From Cystobasidiomycetes sp. EMM_F5 (taxonomy: Eukaryota), in NCBI GenBank assembly GCA_051047955.1, contig JBPGPT010000004.1:434001-498000 (forward strand): a stretch of 64,000 nt of DNA. Reading direction: 5' to 3'. Under the pieces are notes generated by a model. It saw only the letters and a list, made by a program, of their open reading frames with translations, was not told where the DNA came from and ran no database searches. This document shows positions 21,678-33,888 of this stretch, piece after piece. The translations under genes were made by a program, and so were the position numbers. Position 1 is the stretch's first letter. Every line of letters starts with the position of its first letter.

Positions 21678-22899
21678 ATGAGAGTAGTTGCATACGCAAC
21701 GGCAGCTGGTCTGCTTTGTGCATCCACAGTCTTCGCCCAAGATGGCGCCACTGCTGGACTTTCTGGGCGTGATGTAGCGGGCTCTATCAACGCGCGTAAG
21801 CCATATATGCTTTCGTATATGTGTAGCTGCCTGCTGATCGTCTGCCGAACAATTTGCAGGTGCTGGAGATGTGTCCTTCCGCCATGCAGCTTTCACGCGA
21901 TCTCAGCGTCGCCATAATCAGTCAAACGCCAAACGAGCCAATATCGAAGTTTCCCGTCGCGATATGGACATGGTACCGGGCGTGGATCCGACATATGATG
22001 ATGATGCGATAGAAGTCGCCCGTCGCGATATGGACATGGTACCGGGCGTGGATCCGACATATGACGATGCCGACCAAGACCAAGATGTCGAGACTTCGTT
22101 CAGGAAGCGCGACGATTCCACGGAGATTCAGGTGGACACGGAATCTCAAGTGGACTTAATAGACGACGCCTACACGGGCCCTTTCATTGTCACACCGAGC
22201 AATGATGAGGAGATCTCGCAAGACGATATGGGTGCAGGCGTCTTGGAGCGTCAGGATATAGTGCCGTTAGACGTCGTCTCCCAAGCAATGGTCATCAGAA
22301 GAGACGAGGAGCCGGATCAAGACCCAGCAGGCACAGTCAACATCGACTACACAGGTGCAAATGTCCTTAAGCGTGACGGCGACGAGTTACATATTGATTG
22401 GGGCAGCTTCGACTGGTCTCCCAACAAGGAAGGCGAGGCAGTTGCTGGTATCACCGACTATCAATCGGAAGTTATTGCCGTACACGATATGAAGCTCGCT
22501 GGCGAGCAGATTGAGGCGCAGCTGGCGAAATTACAGGGATCTTTGAGCTCTCGACATGCTCGATTTGCGCGCTCGCAAAAGCGACAATACGAGAATGGCA
22601 AGGTCCTACGAGCAGGAGCGGTAGCCAAGCGAGATGAAGAGGAACCCGCTCCAATGTCTGAAGAAGAGTTGCGATCTCACATGATGTTCATGACTCCGGC
22701 GGAAGCGGCTGCAGGGTGGAAAGTCAAGCGCGATACAGACAAGCGTGCCATACCTCTTGCTGCACTGGTCCATCCGGACCTGGCTTTTGAAACTCCTGAA
22801 GAGGTCGCTGCTGGATTACTGAAGCGCGATGAAGAATATTCAATCTCGGACCCTGTCACTACAACCAACTCTATCGACTTACAGGGCATCTCTGTCTAA
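21678..22899 (+). CDS. Secreted acidic Kex2-processed repeat protein (KEP-like peptide precursor), one intron about 21796-21859
   Basis: Signal peptide MRVVAYATAAGLLCASTVFA; at least ten KR/RR dibasic sites, mostly followed by D; internal peptide repeats. Confidence 0.8.
21955..22070 (+). repeat. 66-bp coding direct repeat (RRDMDMVPGVDPTYDD x2)
   Basis: CGTCGCGATATGGACATGGTACCGGGCGTGGATCCGACATATGA at 21955 and 22021. Confidence 0.95.
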
Positions 22900-23246
22900 T
22901 GCAGGGGACTTGGAGGACGCATCAGTCACGCGATGGCAGAGGGTTTCGAAGACGAGGGCTGCTCCACACAGGCTTACATTGATTCGGCGAATGATAGGGG
23001 CTCGCTGTTTCTTAGGCTTCGATGCCGCTTTAGTACATGCCCTTTGTCCATTGCTTCAGCAGAAGAATGAATCTTATATATTCTTCCCCACATTGAAGGC
23101 TGACTTGCACAACAGCTGCTACAACAAGCATTTATCTTCACGAGCACGCCCTCCAGGGAAAGTAGTACACGATGACATTATCGGACAATGCAGGTAAACA
23201 GGTACCTGGTGAGACGTCCGCGAAAAGTGATGCTGTTCCAGATAGT

Positions 23247-24273
23247 TTACGACTTTGCCATATTTTTCAGTGTGCGCTCGTCTGGAATGAACCCATCGGC
23301 GAGAATCCTCTTTAGCCTCTGAATCTCCTCTAGCGACCCAGCATTCTCGATTGCCTTTCTCACTCTCTGCCTCTGCTCGTCTGTCAACTTTGCCTTTCCA
23401 TTTTGCAATCCTCCTCCGACTTCAAATGTCTTTGCCTTTCCAGACGCCGCGACAGCTGCTGCCTGCTCTTGTGAGATGACCGAATCGGCATTACTCGACG
23501 CACTTAGTCTCAACGCGAGTTCTGTCGAGACTCCCTCTTCACTCTCAAACAGGTCTTTGGCGTGGGATCGCTCCTTTCCTCGCACTTTACCAAAGTCGAG
23601 CCACCGTAATGACGGGATACTGTGAATGAGCCATTCGCGATAGTGCGGTTGTTGAGCGAGCGCGGTGGATGTGAGTGTAAGAAATTCGAGGCGTTTGAGG
23701 TTGAAGAGAGGTGAGAGGGCGGCAAAGTCTCGAAACTGCGTTTTGCCAGCGGGATGAGTTGTCGAGCAGACGGCATACAGGTAAATGCACCTACCTGCGT
23801 CCCTGACAAGACCAACGTCTGCAGATTTGGTAATTGGCTTGCGATGTTTGGGGATATGGAAGAGACTGGGTTGTTTGCTAGCGACAGGGTATGTAACCTG
23901 GGCAAGCGTGGGAGGTTGGATATCGAGGTTATGGCATTGTCGGAGAGGTCGAGACTGTCGATGGAGTCCTGTGGGGGTTGTGAGTCTACTACTTCAGACG
24001 TTGCATTTCCCTGCGTACCTTTGTCGCTCCGAGGTTTTCTATCGCTGGAATCTTGTTGCCTGGGTCGTGCGTTGTAGTTAGTTTATTGATATGCGATTAC
24101 CGCACCCCTCGCAGCCCACCTCGCAAGTCTAGCTCCCGGTCTTTGAGCGGATTCAGGAAAGAATCTTTGAATCCAACAGCCCGTCAGTCAAAGTGAATAC
24201 TGCCATTCCACCGCGCAGCCATTTTCATTCCCCCACCTGTCCTCGCTATCAGCTCTACGGTGAGCTTGACCAT
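23247..24273 (-). CDS. LEA1: U2 snRNP protein A' (LRR), multi-exon
   Basis: MVKLTVELIA...FLNPLKDRELDLRG, DLSDNAITSISNLP, HPPRSLNNRT/YREWLIH region and IENAGSLEEIQRLKRILADG. Confidence 0.88.
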
Positions 24274-24377
24274 TCTTCAGACTTTCAGATTTCAGATATG
24301 CCCGACTTGGTGCTGAACTGACCTTTAAAATGTCCAAATGGTTGCCAATACTCCAACAACATTAGCAAACAACAAAC

Positions 24378-26065
24378 ATGGCAACCGAGTATGCGCACGG
24401 CAACGGTGAGCATGATTATTGCAGGCAGACTGCGACTGAGGGTATCGCTGACGATGAGAACGGGTCCATATTTCCCAGGGGACCGCGCAGTGTCACCCAT
24501 GGCCAACGGGGCAGCAGTCAATGGCGCCCGCCCGCTCAAGAAGAAGCTGATGGGCTACGTTGGATGTGGGCACTTACGATGGAATGTTGCATTTGCTAAA
24601 CGCTGATGGATGGTTTGCCCGACGTGCCTGGGGTCCATCAATCACAATATACACGCCCAGTCGCCAACCTGCCAAACCAGGTCCATCGCAAATCAGTCAG
24701 GAAGGGATTCCATTTCACCGTCATGGTCGTCGGTGCGTGTATTCTATGCTCGAGCGGCGTTTGAATCCTGACCGCCGCACGCGCCTCCCCCTTTTCTGGA
24801 TATCCAATACCTATCCAACATTATCCTATACTATCGCACCCAGGCGAGAGCGGACTGGGCAAGTCGACGCTCGTCAATACCCTATTCAATACCGCCCTCT
24901 ACCAGCCGAGACCCGTGCCAGACCCAGCAATGGAACGTCCAAAGACTGTAAACATCGAGTGCATCTCGGCTGATATCGAAGAGAGCGGTGTACGGCTCAA
25001 GCTGACTGTTGTCGATACGCCCGGATTCGGAGACTATGTCAACAACTCGCAAGCCTGGCAGCCCATCCTCAACTGCATCGACATGCGCTACGATACCTAC
25101 CTCGACCAGGAGACGCGCGTCAACCGCTCAAAGATACTAGACAATCGCATCCACGCCTGTCTGTACTTTATCGAACCCACCGGACACTCGCTCAAACCTC
25201 TCGACATCGAATTTATGCGAAGACTAGCAGGCAAGGTAAACTTGATTCCAGTCATTGCAAAAGCAGATACCCTGTCAGAGGACGAGACGATTGCCTTTAA
25301 AGAGCGCATACTGGCAGACTTGGATGCACATGGTATCGAATACTACCGTGCGGCAGAGTACGAGGGAGAGGATGAGGAAACGCTAGCCGAGAATCAGGAG
25401 ATTATGGTGGGCCATCCCCACACACTCTCGACACTATGACCTATGCTGACATTTCATCTAGTCCAAGATTCCGTTTGCAGTCGTCGGGTCGAACAATCTT
25501 GTCGATACCCATGATGGCCGCCAAGTCCGAGGGCGTGCATATCCATGGGGCGTCATTGAAGTGGACAATGAAGACCACTGCGACTTTGTCAAGCTCCGAC
25601 AGATGCTCATCCACACTCACATGGAGGAGCTCAAGGAGCATACGAGCTTGTACCTGTATGAAAAGTACCGATCCAGCAAGCTTACCGCCATGGGTGTCAC
25701 TCAGGATGCGTCGGTATTTAAAGAGGTCAATCCGGCTGCCAAGATGGCGGAAGAGCGGAGCTTGCACGAGCAAAAGCTCGCAAAGATGGAGGCAGAGATG
25801 AAGATGGTCTTTCAGCAAAAGGTCCAGGAAAAGGAGCAGAAATTGAAACAGTCGGAAGAGGAACTGTATGCCCGTCACAGAGAGATGAAGGACGCTCTCG
25901 AAAAGCAGCGTGCAGAGTTGGACGACAAGAGTGGGTCTGCAGCCACGTATTTTCTGTGAATTGATGGCTGATGTACTGCTTGCATTGCCAGAACGACGAT
26001 TGGAGTCTGGCAGGCCTTTGACTCCTCCTCAGCAAAAGAAGAAGGCTGGATTCTTGCGCAATTAG
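24378..26065 (+). CDS. CDC3: Septin, Cdc3 type, multi-exon
   Basis: [36 protein letters not shown]-loop, [19 protein letters not shown] and a C-terminal coiled coil. Confidence 0.93.
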
Positions 26066-26457
26066 GCCACCATCTGTCCGGGTTGCGTGCTTTGTCCGCG
26101 TTACTGTACTCTTTGGCTCCCCATTCCTTGCTCTTTCCTCATCGTCTCGTTTCCTGACCACCCTCGTCATTTTCAGTCGCACGCAGACAGTACCGCAGCA
26201 GTCGCAGATTAGTCGCTGTTTTATTGTTGTCTCAAGGGTATACAGGTGCTTGACGTTGTCTTTTTTACATCAATGCTTGTATTGAGATCCGGGCGTTTGA
26301 TCAGATAACAAAGACGAGTCCCTTTGGCGTCCCGACAACTCGCGACAATGCCGCTGCTTTTCCCATCCGAAGCCATGATGATTTCCGGATAGATGACCAT
26401 CCTGAACACACGCTCCTTGTCGTTCTGACTGCCATCTCGCTTGGTCTACCTGCCCGG

Positions 26458-27162
26458 ATGCCCCAACTATGGAGCTTCACGCAGCTCATCGAGTACAACT
26501 TTCACCAGGTAGCGAGTGTGCTATTCCGCAAGTACCCCAATCCGTACGCGACGCACGTCGTGTCGGTCGATGTCATATCGCGGTCCATTGATCCCGAGAC
26601 TGGCGTGCTACGGACAGAAAGGCTCATTGGCGTGCGACAGCCTGCTCCGAGATGGGTGTCTGCGGTGGGCAAAGGATGGTACTTGATATTCTGTGTTGAC
26701 GGGATTGCTGATGGATTCGTGGTGGTGTCTGGCCAGCTCATGGGAACAACAGCCGAGAGCTACGCTCGCGAAGTGGCCTTTGTGATTCCGTCGACCTCGA
26801 CTGCAAGCGATACTTCACCTCCCCAAGTTCTGCTATCGAGCATAAACATGTCGCTCAAAAACATCCTCACATGCCACGAACGAATCTCGTACACTGCTAG
26901 CATCAGCCAGCCAGAGTCTCGGACGGAAATGGTGACGATTGCAGAGATATCGGCACAAGGGACGCTCAAAAAGGGAGTAGCCGCAAAGAGGATTGGCAAA
27001 AAGTTTGAAGAGTACAGCATGAATACGTGAGTCGTCCCATGATATACGCGAAGAGGTTTGCCTGACACAATGCGAGACGACAGATATATTGACAACTCGC
27101 ATGTCGGGCGACAAGGCCTCGATAGCGTGCTAGAGGAATACTATCCAGACAAGAGTACATAG
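26458..27162 (+). CDS. PRELI/MSF1-domain mitochondrial lipid transfer protein (Ups family)
   Basis: RKYPNPYATHVVSVDVISRSIDPETGVLRTERLIG; spliced last exon NSHVGRQGLDSVL, stop at 27160-27162. Confidence 0.88.
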
Positions 27163-27299
27163 GGTTTTCTGACTGACTGTAGAGTATTGTATACCCAGAT
27201 ATGTCGTTAAAGGTCATTAGTGCGCAATAAGGTCTATTTTTTTCGCACGACCGGCTTTATTTGCTACATGAAAGTATATTGCTACAGGAGCACAGATAG

Positions 27300-28073
27300 C
27301 TAACGTGCTATCCGTTCTTGCAGAGGCGCAGGATCCACCCAACGCGCCTGTTTGCATAGAATGACGTGTCAGCTGCTGGGAAGATCAGACTGCGGAAAGG
27401 TGCGTACCAGGTATGTGTCTTCCTTTTCATTCTGCGCACTTCGCTGCAACGACAGACTCGGACTCGTCACATACCTCGTCAATTGCTGCAGGACGGCTTC
27501 GTCACAGTCAAAGTCGTTGCACAGCTTTCTCAGGTCTGCCGATGTTGTAATCTCTTTACGGGCATCGAGTAGAGTGGTCAGAGAGGAAGTGGTGAAGCGA
27601 TTCCGTATCGATGATCCGGTCGGTGAGATGGATGATTCGGTTGCCTCTAGTTCTCTTCGCCGTGTCAGGACATCGACAGATTGAGTATTCTGATCAACGC
27701 AGTCAATGCGGGGTTTCCAATTCCTTTTCAGAACTGTCACACCCACTCTTGCAAACCTAGACGTGTTGTGCCTCTGCGCATCCGTGATTGTCGCTTGCCC
27801 AAGACTGGCCAGGTTCTTTGACAGCTGCCGTATATCCATCCCGCTCGGGTCAGCGGCGTCTCTTCTGATTTCCGCAGACTTGCTCGAGCTCGCAGACGTT
27901 ATCGGTTTTCCATCGAGTCCGATATTCTGTGACCGCCGCTGCACGGGCTGCTGGCTGCTCGACTGCGGGAGTATCCTCGACGACGCTGCTGCTGAATCGA
28001 TGGGCGTCTCTGGCATTCGCGACTTTACAGTCCGCGCTGTCGCAGTTGCAGCTTTGGATGCTCGGTTACCCAT
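27300..28073 (-). CDS. Conserved-looking fungal protein with N-terminal MG..SK (possible myristoylation) and C-terminal helical/HTH-like region
   Basis: MGNRASKAA start; LTTLLDARK...LRKLCNDFDCDEAVLQQLTRYVTSP; spliced end ARWVDP. Confidence 0.6.
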
Positions 28074-28186
28074 GATTGCTGTACTTCTCGTTTGTTATCA
28101 GCACCAGTCAGAAGATGGTCAACCTTTACTTTCTTGAGAGATATCGAAGCTCGACTTTGACCAATTTACACAAAGTTGCAGTAATC

Positions 28187-30391
28187 ATGTCCAAGGGAAA
28201 GGAGCGGGCATCCTACTACGACGACGAGGAGGAGGGCGGCATCGAGGAAGGGCAGGAGGAAGGGTCGCCCACGCCGGAAGCTGCGACTGACGCTGAGCCA
28301 GTGGTCAAGCATCCGACATATCAGGGTTGGCGCATGAGATACAAAACAGCAAGCAAGAGATTCGGATACTGACTTGAAGTAATACCGCTCGCTTGAATCT
28401 GCCTCGGTGTTTGTTGCTGCGCAGAAACATGGTACCCGAAACACGTAAAGGAAAGACCACGTCCTCCGTCAAAGGAAGAACAGGAAGCGAGAATAGCTCT
28501 GCTCGAAGCTCAAGCTAGAGCTGGTCAGAACTCGAACGATCCCAGAGCGAGGGCTAGAGGCAGGGTGGGTGTCATGAGGTGTGGAAAGATATGCAATACC
28601 TGTGTACTGACACAACACACTATCACACAGCCGCGACGGACAGTAGACTGTTTCGGACCGCTGTCGAGATGGAAGCTGGTGAGTTTGGCTGTCTTCTCTG
28701 CACGTTTGTGCGTTATTGCATAGTCTGATCTCCGCATTGAAAGCTGCGAACCCTATCGACAAATCCTGGCTCAATGCCTACTATCCGCCCGCAATCCAAC
28801 TATGTCATAGATGTAAGAGGATTAGGCGGTATAAGTTGCGGGACTAATGGCCGACCCTCTTCGTCAGTTGATGCCCCCTGCCGCTTACCCTAGCAACGCC
28901 TCCACTTCGTACTGCACCAAATACATCCATACATCAATACACAAAGTCCGTACGCCAGTCAATTGCGTGCGCTGGACGCCCGACGGTCGTCGAGTGCTGA
29001 CTGGCAGTACTTCTGGCGAATTTACAATGTGGAATGGCCTGACATTCAATTACGAGACCGTATTGCTTGCGCACGACCACCCGATCCGATGTTTTGAGTG
29101 GTCCTCCTCGGGCGCATGGCTTGTGTCGTGCGATCAAGGCGGCGTCGTAAAGTACTTCGCCCCAAATCTCAACAATGTCACCCTTTTCAACGGACACGCA
29201 GAATCAATCCGCGACGTATCATTCTCGCCAGACGATCAAAAGTTTGTGACAGGTTCTGACGATGGAACTGTCAAAGTATGGGATTTTGAGCGAAGAGAAC
29301 TCGACAAGTCGCTCACAGGCCACGGATACGATGTAAAGTGCGTTAAATGGCATCCAACGAAGAGTCTTCTTGTATCTGGGTCCAAGAACAATCTCATCAA
29401 GTTCTGGGACCCCAGAACAGGCTCCGATTTGCACACATTACACGATCATAAAAACTCCGTGCAAGGTCTGAGCTGGAACGCCAATGGCAACATGGTCGCT
29501 TCTGCCGCAAGAGATCAGTCTGTCAAAGTGTTTGACATACGCATGATGCGAGTAGTGCAGGATTTCAGGGGCCACCTGAAGGATGTGTGCTGTAAGTCTG
29601 TATGCTAGCTTGTCGAACACTGGCTGATGCGCTATGGGCTTCAAGCTGTGCAATGGCATCCCATACATCACTCTTACCTAGTCTCTGGCGGATCAGACGG
29701 GTCATTGCAGCACTGGCATCTCGACAGTCCCTCTCCTGTGGACAGTCTTCAATTTGCTCACGATCAGCAGGTATGGACAATGGCTTTCCATCCGCTCGGT
29801 CATCTCCTCGCTACGGGAGCAATGGACGCCAGTGTACGGTGGTGGTGTCGCGGTCGACCGGGTTCCAGCATAATGAATGACAAGTTTCATGTCGGACGGG
29901 ACAAGGCGCGAGAGCTTGGGCAGCGCGAGGATGAGGAGGGCGACGACGACGATGATTGGAGGGGAGGCTTACCCGGTCTCGGTCGTGGTGGTGGAAATGC
30001 AAACAATCCGAACCTTTACTACTCTTCTGCAGCTGCACACATGCCGAATTTCGCAATGCCGGGCCTTGGAAACGGGAATGAAGGAGGAGCACCATCTCAG
30101 AGTGTAGGGGGAGTCATACCGGGCCTTGATGGATCGAGTCGCACGTCTGCTTCGGCGGGCATACCTGGTCTGGCACCAAGTCTTGCTCCGCAGGGAAGTG
30201 CACCCAATTGGAACAGACCGGACATGCAGAATGGATTTGATGGGGGTCAGCAGAGTCAGATGGGAGGAGGGAGGTTTACGCCTCAGCCGTCATATCCTAA
30301 TTACAACGGGGGAACGGGTCCAGGTGCAGGTCGAGGCGGCGGGCCGTCCGGGAGATTCAACAATGCTCCACCGCGCTTCCAGCCATACTAG
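28187..30391 (+). CDS. PFS2: Polyadenylation factor subunit 2 / WDR33 (WD40), multi-exon, with Gly/Pro/Asn-rich tail
   Basis: RPRRTVD, TSIHKVRTPVNCVRWTPDGRRVLTGSTSGEFTMWNGLTFNYET and WD40 repeats. Confidence 0.93.
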
Positions 30392-30570
30392 TCGGGTCAC
30401 TTGCGTAGTCTCCATCGCACAGAATGAAAGCATTATTCGGCAAAGTCCGATCGTGGATACTTCATCGTGTTTGAAGTGATAAGACTTGACCATTGCCCGA
30501 CTCTATGGCCTGCCGGTGATCCATCGCGCATTTCTGCAGCAACCTGACACTGCAGCTGTCCTGTCCAACC

Positions 30571-32433
30571 ATGGCGGCCGTCATGGCTACTGCGACTTCA
30601 CCGCTGGCGACTGGCGCCTCAGCTGCGACGGCCACGGTGACTGCCCACTCCGCCCCAGCAGCGGGCTACATCACCTGGGATAACGTGTCGCAGCTCCTCT
30701 CGTCTCAGCATCCGCTGCTGTCGTCGCTGGCCCGCTTGCCCGGGACTGGCGTCGTCTGGCGGTACATCAAGAGCTCACACCGCAATGACCCAGCAAGAAC
30801 GTTTCTCGAGCTGCTCCTGTTTCTCTTTGTCGTCTACACCTGGCTCAAGGGACGCACGAGGAGCGACAAGACAAAGAATTTTGTCGCCCTCTCCAAAAAG
30901 GTAGGGCGGTTATGCAATCAGATTGAGGGAGATGCTGACGATGCATTGGTATACCCACAGGAAATAGACGAACTCGTTGCAGAGTGGCATCCGGAACCCC
31001 TCCTCATTGACGATGCAGAACTCATGGAGCTTCCGAGTCCCCCAGTCATCATGGGCCCACCCGGGCTGCACATCAAGATCTCGGCGACTGTGCCAGACAC
31101 TGCGTCGGCCAATCACAACAATGACGGAAGCAAGGCTGCTACAGTCAACGAGAAGAGTGTGATCAACTTGGCATCAAACAATTTCTCCGGTCTGGCACTC
31201 AACGAGACGGTAAAGAACAAGGCCATCGAATGTCTACGAGGCTACGGCGTTGGCAGCTGCGGACCGGCAGGCTTTTACGGTTTCTTCGATGTCCATATAG
31301 CATTCGAAAATGCACTGGCCCAATTCTTGGGCGTGGAAGCGTCCATCATATACCCTCAAGGCTTCACGACAGTCTGCTCAGTCATCCCAAGCTTTGCAAA
31401 GCGCGGAGACATCATCATAGCGGACAAGGGTGTCAACTTTGCCATCCAGAAAGGCATACAGATCTCACGGACGCATATTCGCTGGTACGAGCACAACGAC
31501 ATGGACAGCTTGGAAGAAGTGCTTGAAGCAGTACAGGCGGAAAGCCGGAGGACAAAGGCGCCTCTGACGAGAAAATTCATCGTTACGGAAGGTCTGTTCG
31601 AGGGAGACGGTCAGATCTCAAATCTGCCTCGTATCGTGCGTGAGAATATGCGGTCCTTGTGCAGCTCACATCTAATCTCCGCTTGTGCTTGTTAGATGGA
31701 GCTCAAGCGAAAGTACAAATATCGCCTTATGCTAGACGAAACGTGGTCGTTTGGTGTCCTGGGCAAGACGGGTCGCGGTCTATCGGAGTTCCACAATGTG
31801 CCCGCAAGCGAAGTGGACATTCTGATGGGCAACATGGCCGTTGGACTGTGTTCCGGAGGAGGCTTCTGTGCTGGATCTAGTCCTGCGATAGGGCATCAAC
31901 GCATCAATTCTGCAGCTTACGTCTTTTCGGCATCGCTACCGCCACTGCTTGCCGTAGCAGCCGAAGAAGGGCTGAATTACTTGCGGGGCGGTCTATCGCC
32001 AACTGGGCATTTGCCGCTGTCGACTTTGCAAAGCAATGTCAAGTCATTCCGAAGTGTGCTTGACAAGCTAGATGGGACGATATACATTCCTAGCTCGCCC
32101 TTGTCGCCCTTGATCCACATCCACATCCATCCTCAGAAAGGGGCAGATCTGGAATTCTACGAGCAAGAGCGTCTGTTGCAAGAGATTGTCGACGAATGTA
32201 TCATTAACGGTGTCCTGATTGTGAGAAACAAAAAGGTCTGGAAGCAGGAAAGCGTCCCTGGCAGTCCTAGCTTGCGGATCAGTGTCTCGGCGGCCCTGAC
32301 GAAGAAAGACATTGACAAGACTACAAGCGTCATAAAGGTATGCACTCTTATTACGGCAGAGGTCAGCAAAGCTGACAGCGGCAACTAATAGGCGGCTATC
32401 TTGAACAAGATTAGCAAGCTGGGTAAACGGTAG
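30571..32433 (+). CDS. LCB1: Serine palmitoyltransferase subunit 1
   Basis: YIKSSHRNDPARTFLE, EIDELVAEWHPEPL, YGVGSCGPAGFYG, YEHNDM and HQRINSAAYVFSASLP. Confidence 0.94.
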
Positions 32434-32899
32434 CAGATGTCGAGTCAGAGTATCACATACGCCCTCTCATTTTAGTTGATGTTGCTATAATGTCTGAACG
32501 CTCTTAAGTGGCCTGACAGCCACCCACGGTCCTGAAGAAGCAGTTTGCTGACGAACAGCAGACCATACTGACGTATATACCTTCAAGTAGAGTAATGCCT
32601 TCACCTGCGGCATCACATCATGCAGTGTGTATCGTCCGCTGCTTCACTGAGCGACCATACATATCGCGCCACACCTTAGCCCGAACACCGCATCCATACG
32701 CCGCACGGGCGACTTCTCGTGCTGGTCTGACGATGTTTGCACATGCTGTAGGCGCAAACAACCTTTGTGCCGCCTCAAAATTTTCAGACTCCCGCATTGG
32801 GCCAGGTGGCGGTGTCCATCTTCGACCTCAACGTTATGTTGCAAAAACAAGCAGTGCATGATCACCGCAATACGTATGGTAGTCTATGCGTGCAGCAGG

Positions 32900-32906
32900 T
32901 ATAAAA
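32900..32906 (+). promoter_or_regulatory. TATA box of secreted paralog A
   Basis: TATAAAA 119 bp upstream of the ATG, at an equivalent position in paralog C. Confidence 0.6.
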
Positions 32907-33018
32907 GGCGTCATCTACTTGTCTCTTCTTCTTCCACCTTCATCAACATCATAGCGCCTCAAACGCAACAGCCACTCTATCCCCTGAACAATACCATATA
33001 CTCACACCCCGCATAAAT

Positions 33019-33777
33019 ATGATCTACTCTTTGAGCTCCGCTGCTCTGGTAGCCGCATCCCTCTCCTCTATGTTCGTCAACGCCGCCCCTGCCGCACTGA
33101 AACGCCAGAACTTGAATTTATGCCACCCAACCCCACCATGGCCGTCGACTCAGCTCACCGGCTCACAGATTAGATTCAGTGCCGGTAATGGTCTCTTCTT
33201 CAATGCAACTTTGCCCACAACTGCTCCAGCCTTTACCGGTGTTGAGCTCGCCTACAAGCCCGATGTCAACGACTGGACTGACAGGTTTGACTGGTACGTT
33301 CAAACGACTTGGCATAATGGCACCGACAATGAGTTCATGATCATGTCAGTGGATCTAACTAAGCCAATCGCAAAACAAAGCTCACATCTCCGCAGTACCA
33401 GACCTGCACCCGGCCCGATCACCGAACCATGGTGCCTCACTACCGGAGGCAAGCTAGCTCCATGTATCGATGCCATCAGCTTTGCCATAGAATGCAACGA
33501 CTGCAGCGATCTCTCAGGGCCGTTCCTGAGGTGCAGCATTCGCGAGAGCTGGTATGCTGAAGTCAATCCTGGCGCATGCCTTCAATGGGGCAGCTCTGCC
33601 GGAAGCGAAGTCTACCAGGGCGTGATCATCGACGGCCCGTACGACTGTCCAAACACAGTGAGTAAACGGTGACTGCGGCAAGCACGGCGCAGTTCTTGCT
33701 GATTCGATGGACCGCTTCTTCTGCGCATGTAGATTGACATAGTTAAAGCCCCCGGATACCCAAGCGTATCGGCGTAG
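33019..33777 (+). CDS. Small secreted Cys-rich protein, paralog A (2 introns)
   Basis: Signal peptide, LKR|QNLNLC Kex2 site, FSAGNGLFFNAT, WCLTTGG..APC..AISFAIECNDCS, ACLQW and YDCPNT. The 51-nt first intron is in frame; last exon is IDIVKAPGYPSVSA*. Confidence 0.82.
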
Positions 33778-33888
33778 ACCCGCGCTATATTCTAGATCTA
33801 CTATTCATCTCTGAAGCTCCGATACAAATACTCTACACTCTTGCAAATATTCGCCCTGTTGCTATTCTCCAGCCGAGAGTGAGGGCCC

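Noticed and set aside
21955..22070. Direct repeat resembling a CRISPR repeat-spacer
   Set aside because: Only two copies, in-frame 66-bp period inside a eukaryotic CDS, and no cas genes
26375..26405. ATGATGA...CTGA resembling snoRNA C and D boxes
   Set aside because: Boxes only about 30 nt apart, too short for a C/D snoRNA, and no terminal stem
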